A stretch of DNA of 64,000 bases, taken from Octopus vulgaris. Its lineage: Eukaryota. This document shows positions 51,511 to 64,000 of this stretch, piece by piece. The notes beneath the pieces are model-generated. The model had not been told where the DNA came from. It worked only from the letters and a program-made list of their open reading frames with translations, and did no database searches. Both the position numbers and the translations under genes were made by a program. Each line of letters opens with the position of its first letter. Positions within the stretch are counted from its first letter, which is position 1. The stretch covers positions 130,386,001-130,450,000 of the forward strand of contig OX597817.1 in the NCBI GenBank assembly GCA_951406725.2. The letters run 5' to 3'.

Positions 51511-51574
<64 letters not shown>

Positions 51575-51588
51575 TAATAATAATGATG

Positions 51589-51626
<38 letters not shown>

Positions 51627-51865
51627 GTTGGTGGTCTCAAATTTTAGCACAGGCCAGAAATTTTGGGGTTTGGAAGTTAGTCAATTACATCGAATCCTAT
51701 ACTTGACTGGTATTTTTTAACCTCCCTGAAAGGATGAAGAGCGAAGTTGGTAGGAGCTTCCCAAGGAAATGTAATGAAAAACTTTATAACATTTTACGTC
51801 CTTACATATATTTGTCCCGTGCTTGAGAGTCAAATATCTATGTTTTCCAAGCTCAACACTTATAA

Positions 51866-53424
51866 CACTGGTCAACAAGTATTTTTCATCAAGTATATGT
51901 CAAAGTGTACTTAATGTAGTTTTTAATGCTGATTTCAAATATACAATTTTTTTGACATCACGAATAGTTTTCAAGATGAGAAAGTTTTTTTTGTTTGTTT
52001 TAGCGCATGCATTATATAGAAATTCCAATTGAAGACGTGTATGCATGTATTTCATTTACATTATGGAAACATATTTTAAAAATAAACTACATTATTCATT
52101 GCTGCATAGTTCAGATGCAATATTTCATCATTTTAAATTAACCAATCAAGTTTTGTCTGATGAAAAAGATATTTCAACATCTGAAATTGTCCAGTCATAC
52201 TTGGTCTGATAAAATATTTCATCATCTTAAATTCAATATAAGTATAACCGTTTGTATATATTTCCTTCCTTGTTTTACAGTGTTTACAATGTCAAGATAG
52301 TGTAGAAATCGTCCTGATGTGTTTTGTTATGTCTGTGGATAGTTTATTGTCAAAGCTCAAAAACGTACAATAACACCAGAGATGAAACAGATTTATAAGC
52401 TATATTATGACTGTCCTCTTGGAGATCAGGACAAGTTATGGGCACCACATTTCATCTGCTCAGCTTGTTCAAATGGCTTATGTGACTGGTTCAATAAGAA
52501 GAAGTCCATATCTTTTGCTATTTCAATGATATAGAGGTAGCCGAAAGACCATTTTTATAACTTATTTTGCAAAGTAAATGTCACAGGATTTTCTATGAAG
52601 AAAATATACAAAATTGTTTATCCCAATTTGGATTCTGCAATGAAACCTGTGTCTCACAATGGAAGTCTGCCAGTTCCACTTCCACCAGATGACGGTACTG
52701 AAACATCAGATGATGATGCTGGCTGTCACGTTAATGCTGCTGAGGAAGATTACGTGGCTGATGATGACAGCTTTGAACCTCAGAAATTTTCCCAAGATGA
52801 ACAAAATGACCTTGTCAGAGACCTATCCTTCTCAAAAGACAAAGCAGAACTGTTGGCATCAAGACTACAAGGATGACATCAAGAATCTTCTGAAATGTTA
52901 CTCAGCAATGTCACTGAAAGTCTACTTCTTGGACTCCCATCTGGATTTCTTGGCAGATAACCTTGGACCAGTGTCTGATGAACATGATGAAAGATTTCAT
53001 CGGGACATTAGGGCTATGGAGAAACGGTACCAAGGTTTCTGGAATGACAGTATGCTGGACACTTTACCGTGATCAACTAGATAAGGAACACCACAGGAAA
53101 TCTAAATCACAATGTTTCTAACTCTGTTGTTCTAATGTTTTCTGTTTTGTCTGACCCATGTTTTGTGTATTCACTCTTTGTAGAAAGATAGTGATGATTT
53201 TTAGTTCAATCAACTCATTTCCTTTCCAAAAATAATATCTCTTTATTTATTACGTTAATGATTTTATACATACAAATATGTAAATATTTGCATGTTTCTA
53301 CTGAAAAACTAGTACATGGTGCATACAAATGGAGTAAAATTTTGAAATCAGCATGAAAAATTAATCTTGAAAAGTTGGTTTGCATTCGTAATGAGTATAA
53401 TACATTTAATTTTATTGACCAGTG
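51866..53424 (+). mobile_element. Internally deleted Chapaev3-type (CMC) DNA transposon
   Basis: TIRs CACTGGTCAA..TTGACCAGTG with a TAA 3-bp TSD. Pseudo-ORF from 52289: CRNRPDVFCYVCG..GDQDKLWAPHFIC..YPNLDSAMKPV..ELLASRL, joined directly to MSLKVYFLDSHLDF..NLG.VSDEH.ERFH.DI..MEKRYQG. Confidence 0.8.
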
Positions 53425-53914
53425 TAATTATTAAAATTTAATAAAACTTTAAGCAATGTTTTAAAATTTAATAAAAAGTTAAGCAATGTTTTATTTCATT
53501 TGTTTGAGAAATTTTGGTTACCTTTTGTATCTTTGTATAAATAAACTAAAGAACTCTATCGTTACAACTTCTGATTTATCTTTATTATTTAACAAAGGCT
53601 GCGAGATGGCAGAGCCACTATCACGTCAGACAAAATGCTTAACAGCATTTGTGTTCTGAGTTCAAATGTTCCTATGGTTGACTATGCCTTTCAACCTTTC
53701 AGGATTGAAAAAAAATTAGTACCAGTCAATGTAATCGATAGCCCCCACTCCTCCAAAATTTAAGCCATGTACCTATAGTTTATTATCATTGAACATTATA
53801 ATTTAACAAACACACATACTCCTAATTATAATACCAAATACACTCCAATTCATTTCCACAGTATAATTTTCAGTTCAACATAAACTGGAAGTGCAATGTT
53901 TCTGCAAGTATATG

Positions 53915-55442
53915 CGAGGGGTGTATGAAAAGTCTTGAACCTCAAAAAATCAAAACATGGTACAAGACTTCTGATGATTTATTTTTCAACATAGTCCCCC
54001 TCGATGGCTCAACATTTTTTCCAGCGGTGCTGAAGCGCCTATATTTGTTTCTTTACTACCCACAAGGGGCTAAACACAGAGGAGACAAACATGGACAGAC
54101 AAACGATTATATCAGATTATATCGACCCCAATGTGTAACTGGTACTTTATTTATCGACCCCGAAAGGATGAAAGGCAAAGTCGACCTCGGCGGAATTTGA
54201 ACTCAGAACGTAACGGCAAACGAAATACGGCCATGCATTTCGCCCGGCGTGCTAACGTTTCTGCCAGCTCGCTGCCTATATCTCGGCGTAGAACTCTTTT
54301 GTTCGCGACTCTAAGAAACTTCCTACAGCGTCTATGATGTCATTGTCACTGGCAAAATGGTGACCAGCCTGGACTTTTTTCATTTTTGGAAATAGATGAA
54401 AGTCAGAGGGAGCTAAGCCTGGCGAATAAGGCGGGTGAGGAACAAGTCCACAATCACGAATTGTTGACATGGTAACCACTGAGGTGTGCACTGGAACATT
54501 GTCGTGATGAAAAAGGACTCCTCTGGTGAGCATTCTCGGCCTTTTTCCTTTGATTGATTCTCGGTGGTGTTTCAGTAGCTGAGAATAATACAACCCTATC
54601 ATGGTGTGACCCTTTTCAAGGTAATCGATCAGCAAGACACCTTGAGAATCCCCCAAAACGGACGCCATGACCTTGCCAGCTTAAAGAATGACCCTGGCCT
54701 TCTTTGAGGTAGGAGTAGATGTGTGCTTCCACTGCTTTGATTGTTCTTTGGTTTCAGGCTGGTAGAGATGAACCCATCTTTCATCCATAGTAATGAAACA
54801 AACTAGAAAATTCTCTTCATCAACTTCAAACAGTTCCAGATTGCTCGTGGACAAAGTGCATCTGGTGCGTTTCTGTTCAGGAGTCAAAAGGCGAGGGACC
54901 CACCTTGCCGAAAGCTTTGAGAACCCAAGTTCTTTTGTTACAATGTTGTATGCTCTTTCAGCATTTCTTTTGAGATGCCCAGTCTCTCGGCTATTTGACT
55001 ACATGATATTCGGCGATCTTGCATTATCATACCAAGAGCAAGGTCAGGGTTGTCCTTGGTGATTGCAGTTGGAAGTCTCCCTGGTCTGGGATCATCTTCC
55101 ACACTCTCCCTGCCACGCTTGAATTCATTTACCCAGCATTTGACTGTTGCATACGAAGGAGCATTGTCTGTTAAGGTTCTTGCTATATCTTCATGGATTT
55201 CTGATGGAGTCATGCCTTTCAAATGAAGGTACTTCATGACAGCACCATACTCAGTTTTCTCCATTTTCCTTGTAAACTCGAAGCTTGTTTATTCAAAAAT
55301 CTGCAACAAAAGAAATTAAAATATCAGAATCATGAAAATGAGCAAGAATACTCAAAAAGAGTGTACTTACGAGAAAAAATTGTTTCAGCTATATAGCAGC
55401 CCCGTTTCTAGGCTAGGCTCAGAACTTTTCATATATCCCTCG
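53915..55442 (-). mobile_element. Near full-length mariner element with frameshifted transposase pseudogene and a SINE insertion (54040-54275)
   Basis: TIRs CGAGGGGTGTATGAAAAGT and ACTTTTCATATATCCCTCG. ORF pieces 54938-55264, 54681-54887 (ITMDERWV) and 54276-54668 (HHDN, HPPYSPGLAPSDFHLF). Confidence 0.92.
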
Positions 55443-55719
55443 TACAATATATACGAGGAATGTTGAAAAGTGTCTGGTGTTAAGAGTATTGTGGAAGGCT
55501 TGGTTGAATGCCCAACCTTCTGAGTTCTTTTACAGGACTTAGAAAAAAATGAAGGACCACTGCAGTAAGTGTGAGAATCTGAAAGAGAAATATAATTTAC
55601 TGATCCTCCTGCACTTTCTTTTACACAGTCAGGAGCTTTTCAGCACTTCCTCATATGTACAAAGATATGAATGCTCATACACACGCGTGTGTGTGTGCGC
55701 CTCATATTCATCAGGAAAT

Positions 55720-57450
55720 AAGAAAGGAAAGCCATTGCATGTACCAAAATGTTTCCTGGTGAAGAGTGCTATACTCAGCACAAATACAAAGATTAGTGGT
55801 CAGTGACTACAAAGTCAGAGCCAGGCAGACTCAAAGGCAAAACTGTAGAGAGAAGAAAGACATAGAAGCTAAAAGAACTTGCAGTTTGTCATGTGTATGA
55901 CTGAGTTAGATAACTATAACATACCTCAGTAATTATAACATAGATGACAACTGGGAGTTCCTAAGAAATGACTTGCTTAGAGCTACAGACCAGATTATTT
56001 GGTAATGGAACATCCCAGCCAAATTGAAAGTGACATGATGGTGGAATGATATGGTTGATAAGGCTGCAAAAGAGGTTTGGAAAGCCAAGAAGGAAGATGG
56101 AAGCGAACAGCCAGCTAGGCGACAAATATACATAACTGAGGGAAAAGCAAAAAAGGAAGAGATTTGCACATGATCTCCAACCTGGAGACTAGAAATGTGA
56201 GGTATTCAGGATTGCAAGAGTGTTGGATAAAATTGAAGTGTCATTGTCATTGGGGGGGGGGGGGGGGGCATCAGAACTGATTCAGATACAAGTGTTATTG
56301 CTGTGAATGACAAGGGAGATACATCAAAATTACTTATATGAGATGTGGATAAAGTGTGGAATAAAGACAAGCTATGTCATGTTAACCCTACAGAGAGACC
56401 AGCAATTCAAGTTAACAGGAATGCTGTAGATTAAGTGATTAAGGAAACAAAGGTAAGGAAAGCTGATGATCCAGCAGTGATAGTGACATGTCTGGTGAGG
56501 TAAGATATATGATAGTCACCCTGAAAATAAATCAAGTAATACCATATTCAATGGAGAGTGAATAAGTATCATTGTAAACTACTACAAGAGCAAACAAGTA
56601 ACATTAGAAAGAGGATATTATATAGACATCAAATTACTGGACTAGATTATGAAGGTCAAGAAAAGTCATAGCACAACTGATCTGTAACAGAGTGAACTAA
56701 ATGGGGTGCAGTTTGGCTTCATGCTCAACAGAGATATCAAAGATGCAATCTTTCTAGTGAGGAAACTGCAGGGGAAATACTTGGCTAAGAGTAAACTACT
56801 ATTCTTGGCATTAATTGGATTGGAGAAGACCTTTGACAGAGTGCCACATTCTGTAATTTGGGGGTTATTATGGAAGCTAGGTGTAGACAAATGGTTTGTG
56901 AGGCCTGTGCAAGCTAGTGGGACAGGGTGCTGAAACATTCCTGATTTTAAGGGTATTACAAAAGGCCTGGTTGGGGGCCCTTCTGAGATCTTTTACAGGG
57001 CTTAGGAAAACTAAACGACTGCTGCAATAAGTGTATGAATCTGTGAGGGGAATATGTTGAAATAAAATCATAATTAACTAATCCTCCTGTATTTTCTCTT
57101 ACCCAAAGCCAGGAACTTTTCAGCACCTTGTGTACAAAGATGCAGTAACCAAGAGTTCACAATAAGTTCAGCATGAAAGAAGAGTCCATCAAATTTCACT
57201 TCTCATCCCTTTTATATTTACCATAGTCCTCCAGAATATCACACAAAAGTTCAGGAGCTCTTATATTCTGATGATCCAGTTCTCATTAATGAATGTATAC
57301 TGCAATTAGAGAAAATATTCTAGGTATGGAAGCTAAACTTACAATCAAGAAGTCTCAAGTTAAACTTAGCAAATATGAAGGTATTAGTAAGTAGAAAAAA
57401 AAGACAGAACCCAAACTTCTTCAGTGAAACAGTCTTGCTTGATAAAAGAG
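55720..57450 (+). mobile_element. Degraded RTE-clade LINE (RT region), interrupted by a mariner MITE
   Basis: QFGFM....DAIFLVRKLQGKY....LFLALIGLEKTFDRVP..VIW..L.KLGV at 56706-56920. Stops and frameshifts lie around it. Confidence 0.8.
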
Positions 57451-58177
57451 TAGGTATAAACTAACCTTGGACTTTCCTACACAACCCACATCATCACTCT
57501 TATCAAATTTGCTCCTTCTTTTCTCACTAACCATTGGCACTAATCCTTTTCCATTCCCCTGTTCCTGCTATACACCTTCCTCCAATAGTGACTTCTGTTA
57601 CTTTCTCCACTCCCTCTCTCTCACAATCATAAATCTGTTCCTCTCCTCATACTTTACCCTCTTCTGTCATGTTACCTGGAATCATTGCACCCTCTCTCTT
57701 TCTATTTTAGTTATAGGGATCACATTAAGCTCTTAGTCTTTCAAATTGCACAACAACCTCTCTAGTGATGGTTCCACAGAAACAGCATCCAATACACTAA
57801 GTGGTTGGCATCAGAAAAGGAATGCAACCATAGAAACTATGCCAAAGCAGATATTGTGGCACGGCATGCTCCTTTGGCTCATTGAACCCTGTTCACAATT
57901 CCAATATGGAAGGTGAACGTTAAATGATGATGATGATAGTACTAGCAACCACGCACAGTCTTGCCTGGGTTTATTAATACATAAAATATATACAACATAC
58001 ATTTATAATATTTTGGATAAAAACACACTGACAATCTTTGGTTAGTTCAAGAAACAAGATTCACTCAGAACTGTTGCATCAAAGCCATCCAAAGTCTGGT
58101 TCTAGTAGAGTTCCATTAAAGATGTGTAAAAAATATTTCTTTTAATAACCCATGCTAGCATACACAAAAGACATTAA

Positions 58178-58222
<45 letters not shown>

Positions 58223-58497
58223 GAACCTAAAACATGATTTCACACTATTTTTGTTTCCTGAGAATTTTTTTATTTTTCAAAATATTGAAGTGGTGTATAT
58301 GATTAATATAAATTAATGATTTTTCTAATCAGTCTTAGTGGTGGGGTGAAGTTACACACCCCTACACATACATCTAATGTCTATAAAAACACCTATATTA
58401 TGCACACATGTATATAACATACTTATGCACATACATATGTACATGCAAATATATATATGTATGTGTGTGCATGTATACATATATATATATATATTTA

Positions 58498-58525
<28 letters not shown>

Positions 58526-58532
<7 letters not shown>

Positions 58533-59011
58533 ATATTTCGGAATGGTCATTTTGCCAGTTTAGCCAATAAAAACACACGCACTATATATTTGGTGTTATT
58601 TATTTTTTACATTAATCTTAATCTTATTTCGGCCAGAGTTCTTTCGTCACACTCCTGTGACCTCATCAGTGGTTCTTTGTTTTCTTCTTTCTTATTTGTG
58701 TCTCCCCTTACTAACCGTCAGCCATTTTGTATTTCTATTATTGTATAGAAATACAAAATGGCTGACAGTTAGTAAGGAGAGACACAAATAAGAAAGAAGA
58801 AAACAAAGGACCACTGATGAGGTCACAGGAGTGTGACGAAAGAACTCTGGCCGAAATAAGATTAAGATTAATGTAAAAAATAAATAACACCAAATATATA
58901 GTGCGTGTGTTTTTATTGGCTAAACTGGCAAAATGATCATTCTGAAATATAACAATATCTGTTTCAATACATGACTTCACATAAAAAATCTTGCACAACA
59001 AATATTTAAAC

Positions 59012-59012
<1 letters not shown>
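58526..59012. mobile_element. Second copy of the 45.2-46.1 kb palindromic family (arms 58526-58738 and 58745-58957, tail on the right), in (TA)n
   Basis: Same sequence in the opposite orientation, with shorter arms. Confidence 0.85.
58808..58852 (+). ncRNA. Minimal type I hammerhead ribozyme, core intact (mirror copy at 58631-58675 on minus)
   Basis: GGACCA-CUGAUGA-G-GUCACA-GGAG-UGUGAC-GAA-AG-AA-CU-C^UGGCC. Confidence 0.7.
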
Positions 59013-59078
<66 letters not shown>

Positions 59079-59170
59079 TAAATATATATATATATATATA
59101 CATATATATATTCATGCATATATATATATATATATTCATGCATATATATATATATATATATATGTATTCA

Positions 59171-59226
<56 letters not shown>

Positions 59227-59316
59227 CATATATATTTATACATATATATTTTTTTTTCTCTGTAGTTTCAGCTCAGAGCTGTGGCCATGCTGATGCGCTG
59301 CCATTTTACTACACTG

Positions 59317-60745
59317 TTATTCCTGAAAGCTTCCTCCAATATGTGGCACTTGGTGAAGAATGGAGTTTGATGTAGCCCCCCTCATTTGCACCTCTTGGCG
59401 TAAAGTAGGTTCATCTGGGACTCTCAGCAGGAAGAGGTCCAGCCTTGATTTTAAAATGACTACATCAACATTGGGCAGGTTCCTCAGGCTCTTTGGGAGA
59501 ATATTAAAAATCTGTGGGCCCCTGCAACTGCAGCTGTTGCAGTAACTGGTCCTGAAGCATGATGGCATTGCTGGAATCTTTGGCACTATGCAGTGTTGAC
59601 CTGTTCTGGTATTGGTGTGGCTTTCAAATCCAAAATTTGGCACAATTTCTTCCAGGATCTTTCAGATGTATATTACTACATACCTCTCCCACCTTCGCTC
59701 CAGGGAGTAGAGTTTTAGCTGTTTCAGCTTTTCCCAATAGCCGAGGAGTTGCAAATAAATGATCTTCTTTGTGAATCTTCACTGGATTGCGTAAAGGTCC
59801 ACTATCAATTTTACACTGTTGGGTGACCATTGCTGGGAGCAGTAATCCATGTGGCTCAGGATGAATGTCCTCCCACAGGACCATTATGGTTTCTTTATCT
59901 CTGGTTCTGAATATTTTCAGGATCCATCCAGCCAGTCATCTGCACTTTGTCACCATCCTGGTAATGGTATCATAACCATTGTTGATTCCCAGGTCCCTCA
60001 CTGATTTAGGCTCTGGTATTGAAATTCCCTGTGGACCAGTGGACCCTGTAAGTTTTATATTCAGTTTTGGATGCTGGTAGCACAGGGCTTGGAAGTTTTC
60101 AGCATTAAACTGCATATTATTATTCCCAACCCATCTGTAAATTGAGTCCAACTCTTGTTGCAGATGTGCAATATCGCTGGGGTTCTATATTTTCTGCAAA
60201 ACTTTTGTATCGTCTGTGTTGTTAGCAAGGGTGGCTATCCGGGCAGTTGAGAGCATACCTGAGAGGGCCACTATGAAATGCAGTGGTTCCAAGACAGTGC
60301 CCTGTGGAACACCGCTCACTATTTGTGCTTTCATTGAGGTGGCTCCATTGGCCAATAGTGCTTGACTTCTATCTTTCAGAAAGTCATGTAACCACTCTCC
60401 AAGTTTTCCAGCTATGCCAAGATCACGCAGTTTGTGGCATATCATACCATGATCCACTATGTCAAAAGCTTTTGTAAAATCAAGGTGTGTTATGTCCACA
60501 TTTGAGTTGTTGAGTAACTGCCTCAACATCCAGTCATAATGTTGTAAGAGCTGAGTAGGGCAGCTCCTACCTGGTGGAAAGCCATGATAGGTATCACTCT
60601 GCAAGTTACTTTCTTCAAGGAATGCAATTAGTTTTCCTCTGACTATCCATTCCATGACTTTGCTGATGTGTGAAATGAGAGAGATAGGCCTATAGTTTTG
60701 GCATCTGCACTGCTTCCCCCTTTATGGATTGGGAATATCATTTGC
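59317..60745 (-). mobile_element. Degraded CR1/L2-group LINE ORF2 3' half
   Basis: HGFPPGRSC.TQLL, HLDFTKAFDIVDHG, SGVPQGTVL.PL.F, DDTK, RDLGI and GPQIFNILPKSLRN, all frameshifted. Confidence 0.88.
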
Positions 60746-60783
60746 TCCTTTAGCTTATATGTGAGTGTGTGTGTGTGTGTATT

Positions 60784-60825
<42 letters not shown>

Positions 60826-60869
60826 CATATATATATATATATGTGCATATATATATATGCATATATATA

Positions 60870-60905
<36 letters not shown>

Positions 60906-61023
60906 CATATATATGTGTGCATATATATATATATATATATATGTGCATATATATATATATATGTGCATATAGATATATATATATGTGCATATAGATATAT
61001 ATGTGCATATATATATATATATA

Positions 61024-61080
<57 letters not shown>

Positions 61081-61094
61081 GCATATATATATAT

Positions 61095-61675
61095 TCCAAG
61101 TGTGACTATGATACCAGTACTGGAGAAAAGATTGTCTTTTCAGACAGGATGAGGAGAGCTGTGTGAAGTGCCACTCCCAAATAGTGGAAGGAATCTAGGG
61201 TAGAGAGAGACCCAGGAAGACATGGGTTGAGGTGGTCAAGCATGCCCTTCGAATATTGGGCCTCATTGAGGCAATGAAAAAAGACCAAGGCTTCTGGAGA
61301 TATGCTGTGACTGAGAAGACCCAACAAATAAAGTGAGTTCACAGCTGTAACCTACACCAGTGTTGCATAATCAGCCCACTCAAAAGTACCTTGGATCGTA
61401 GGGTGACATGCCATGCCTGAGGAAATCTATTGAGTTAAGTACATCAACATCAAATCACAATCAAATGGAAATTGTAGTTGTGATCCCTGTGCCGGTGGCA
61501 TGTAAATAGCACCACCTGAACGTGGCTTATGCCAGCGGCACATAAATAAAGCACCCACTAGATTCTCAGAGTGATTGGCGTCAGGAAGGGCATCCAGCTA
61601 TAGAAGGGCTTCCCGGACCCCAGGTGAACCGTCCATCCCATGCCAGCATGGAAAGCGGACGTCAAACGATGAAGA
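61095..61675 (+). mobile_element. RTE-clade LINE 3' end
   Basis: A decayed ..VEG...R.RPRKTW.EVVKH.L C-terminus followed by a 3' UTR ending GTCAAACGATGAAGATG. Related tails lie at ~57790-57937 and ~58150-58220. Confidence 0.65.
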
Positions 61676-61679
61676 TGCA

Positions 61680-62137
61680 TACATATAAATATATGTATGC
61701 GAATATATATATATTTATATATGCATATAGATATATATGCATGCATATAAATATATGTATGCGAATAATATATATATATATACATATGCATACATACACA
61801 TAAAGTATGTATACTTATCTACACACATATGCATGTATATATGCAGACACCATATACACATATATATATACATATATATATTTATACATATATATATTTA
61901 TACATATACATATATATACATATACATATATATACATATACATACATATACATATATATACATATATATATACATATACATACATATATATACATATATA
62001 TACATATATATATACATACATATATATATATACATATATATATACATATATATATATACATATATATATACATATACATATATATACATATACATATATA
62101 TACATATATGTACATATACATATATATACATATATAC

Positions 62138-62200
<63 letters not shown>

Positions 62201-62321
62201 CATATATATATATACATATACATATATATATATACATATATATATATACATATATATACATATATATATATACATATATATATACATATATATACATATA
62301 TATATACATATATATATATAC

Positions 62322-62361
<40 letters not shown>

Positions 62362-62375
62362 ACATATATATATAT

Positions 62376-62435
<60 letters not shown>

Positions 62436-62438
62436 CAG

Positions 62439-62506
<68 letters not shown>

Positions 62507-62510
62507 GCAG

Positions 62511-62553
<43 letters not shown>

Positions 62554-62570
62554 AATATTTATGTATATAT
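61680..62570. repeat. Long (TA)n/(TACA)n microsatellite
   Basis: Directly visible. A similar array lies at 60787-61092. Confidence 0.95.
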
Positions 62571-62639
62571 GTGTGTGATTTTTTTTTAACGAAATATATA
62601 TTCATGATATATATATATATATATATAGTTTCAAAAATA

Positions 62640-62945
62640 TTCCGAAATATTTCACTGTCGGCTGCTACGACTTGCAAGGTAACTGTCACCCATTGTAAGC
62701 AAGCAAGTCGAACGACCTAGCTGGCTAGCTAACTTTCTACCTACCTACCTGTTAACCTAACGTATTCAAATCACGGACGACAAACAGCTACAGGTATTCC
62801 TGTGTACCAACGTGTTTACGTCACGCCTTTTGTGCTCACGTAGACACCCGAAGGAAATTTCAAAAATAAACTTAACCTGGACCATCGGTGGTGAGGGACT
62901 TCTTTTTGAAGTTTGTAAATTACAAAATACAAAAAGGTACGTGTT
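62640..62945 (+). promoter_or_regulatory. Possible promoter/first non-coding exon
   Basis: Non-repetitive, locally CpG-rich stretch with a CRE-like TTACGTCA (62816), CACGT, and a candidate donor AAG|GTACGT at 62936/62937. Motif-level evidence only. Confidence 0.3.
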
Positions 62946-63039
62946 TCGTTATCATTATTATTATTTGTATTAATGTTTCGCGCGAGATTAAAATTTTTTT
63001 TAAAGATGTTTTATTTTTAATTTTCCGCGTTTAAGACGG

Positions 63040-63095
<56 letters not shown>

Positions 63096-64000
63096 TTGTT
63101 TTACGAACTAAGGTTTTGAAAGCATTTCGTTATTTTCTTCGATCGTCCTATTTCTTTACTGCCATTTAAAACTCCGATAAAATACGGAAAAAACTTCATA
63201 TGTTATTTAAGTTGATTAAACTAATTCGAAAGTAACTCGCTACTTGTTAAAGGTGTTGCGTTACCTGTAATATGATATTCCACTAACTCGCACTCCAATC
63301 AATTTTTACTCGCCGGTTTATATTTTACCGTAATAGCCGCTTATTATGATAATGCCATCAAAATATCTGTCTCAGACATATTGAGGATATTGTTTAATAT
63401 TATCTACAGATTATTGTTTTCTAAAGTGGTCCCATTAAAGATCCTAATAATCATTTCAACTTTGTACTCACACACTTATGTATATTCAAAATGTCCCACG
63501 TCGTTTTTACCTGAACAGTCTTAAGCCCCTCTTTTACAACATTGCCTAAACCTATAATTATTATTTTGTCAATCTTTGTTAATGAAATATAGATTGTGTT
63601 TATATATATATATAGTGACAGTTATGATATTCAAAACGAACATATATATATATATACACACACTTTTCTGTCTGACTATATCTATACATACATACGAGTG
63701 TGTGAATTTACAGGTACGTGTGTGCCATATTGCCTGTAAGCTATTGGAGGGTGGGTTCCGTTTTAAATTTTTATGTTTGACTTTTAAGTATACCTATCTT
63801 TCACTTTTTTCTTCTAGTCATTTTCTTTAGAACGTTGACACCTCTCAATTGCAATAGCTTCTCCACATTCCACCATTAATAACAGATGTTATTGGCAAGA
63901 ATATGGCAAACAAACACGAAGAACCCCATTCTAATATTTATAATTTAATCGTATTATAATCTTACTGCATATATGTATATTTTTCACCCTCCAAATCTCT

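Overview
AT-rich, repeat-saturated animal genomic DNA. The microsatellite load and SINE families suggest a cephalopod (octopus-like) genome, but this is inference. I cannot support any host protein-coding exon, and nearly all short ORFs in the track are microsatellite translations. The window holds one 5'-truncated CR1-clade LINE with an intact 962-aa EN+RT ORF2, plus decayed RTE-, CR1/L2-, R4/Dong- and Hero-like retroelements. It also holds mariner, Tc1, maT and Chapaev3 DNA transposon remnants, hAT/piggyBac/mariner MITEs, a Helitron and many tRNA-derived SINEs. The main signal is a dense set of non-coding Penelope-like (PLE) elements carrying hammerhead ribozyme (HHR) motifs. Some are long hairpin palindromes inside (TA)n arrays, and one HHR lies downstream of a GIY-YIG coding remnant. 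Two diverged terminal-repeat elements (14.8-15.7 kb and 40.1-41.3 kb) carry an HHR whose three core strands lie in non-circularly permuted order, supported by compensatory changes in four helices. All folding and alignment was done by eye. Coordinates of degraded repeats are approximate.
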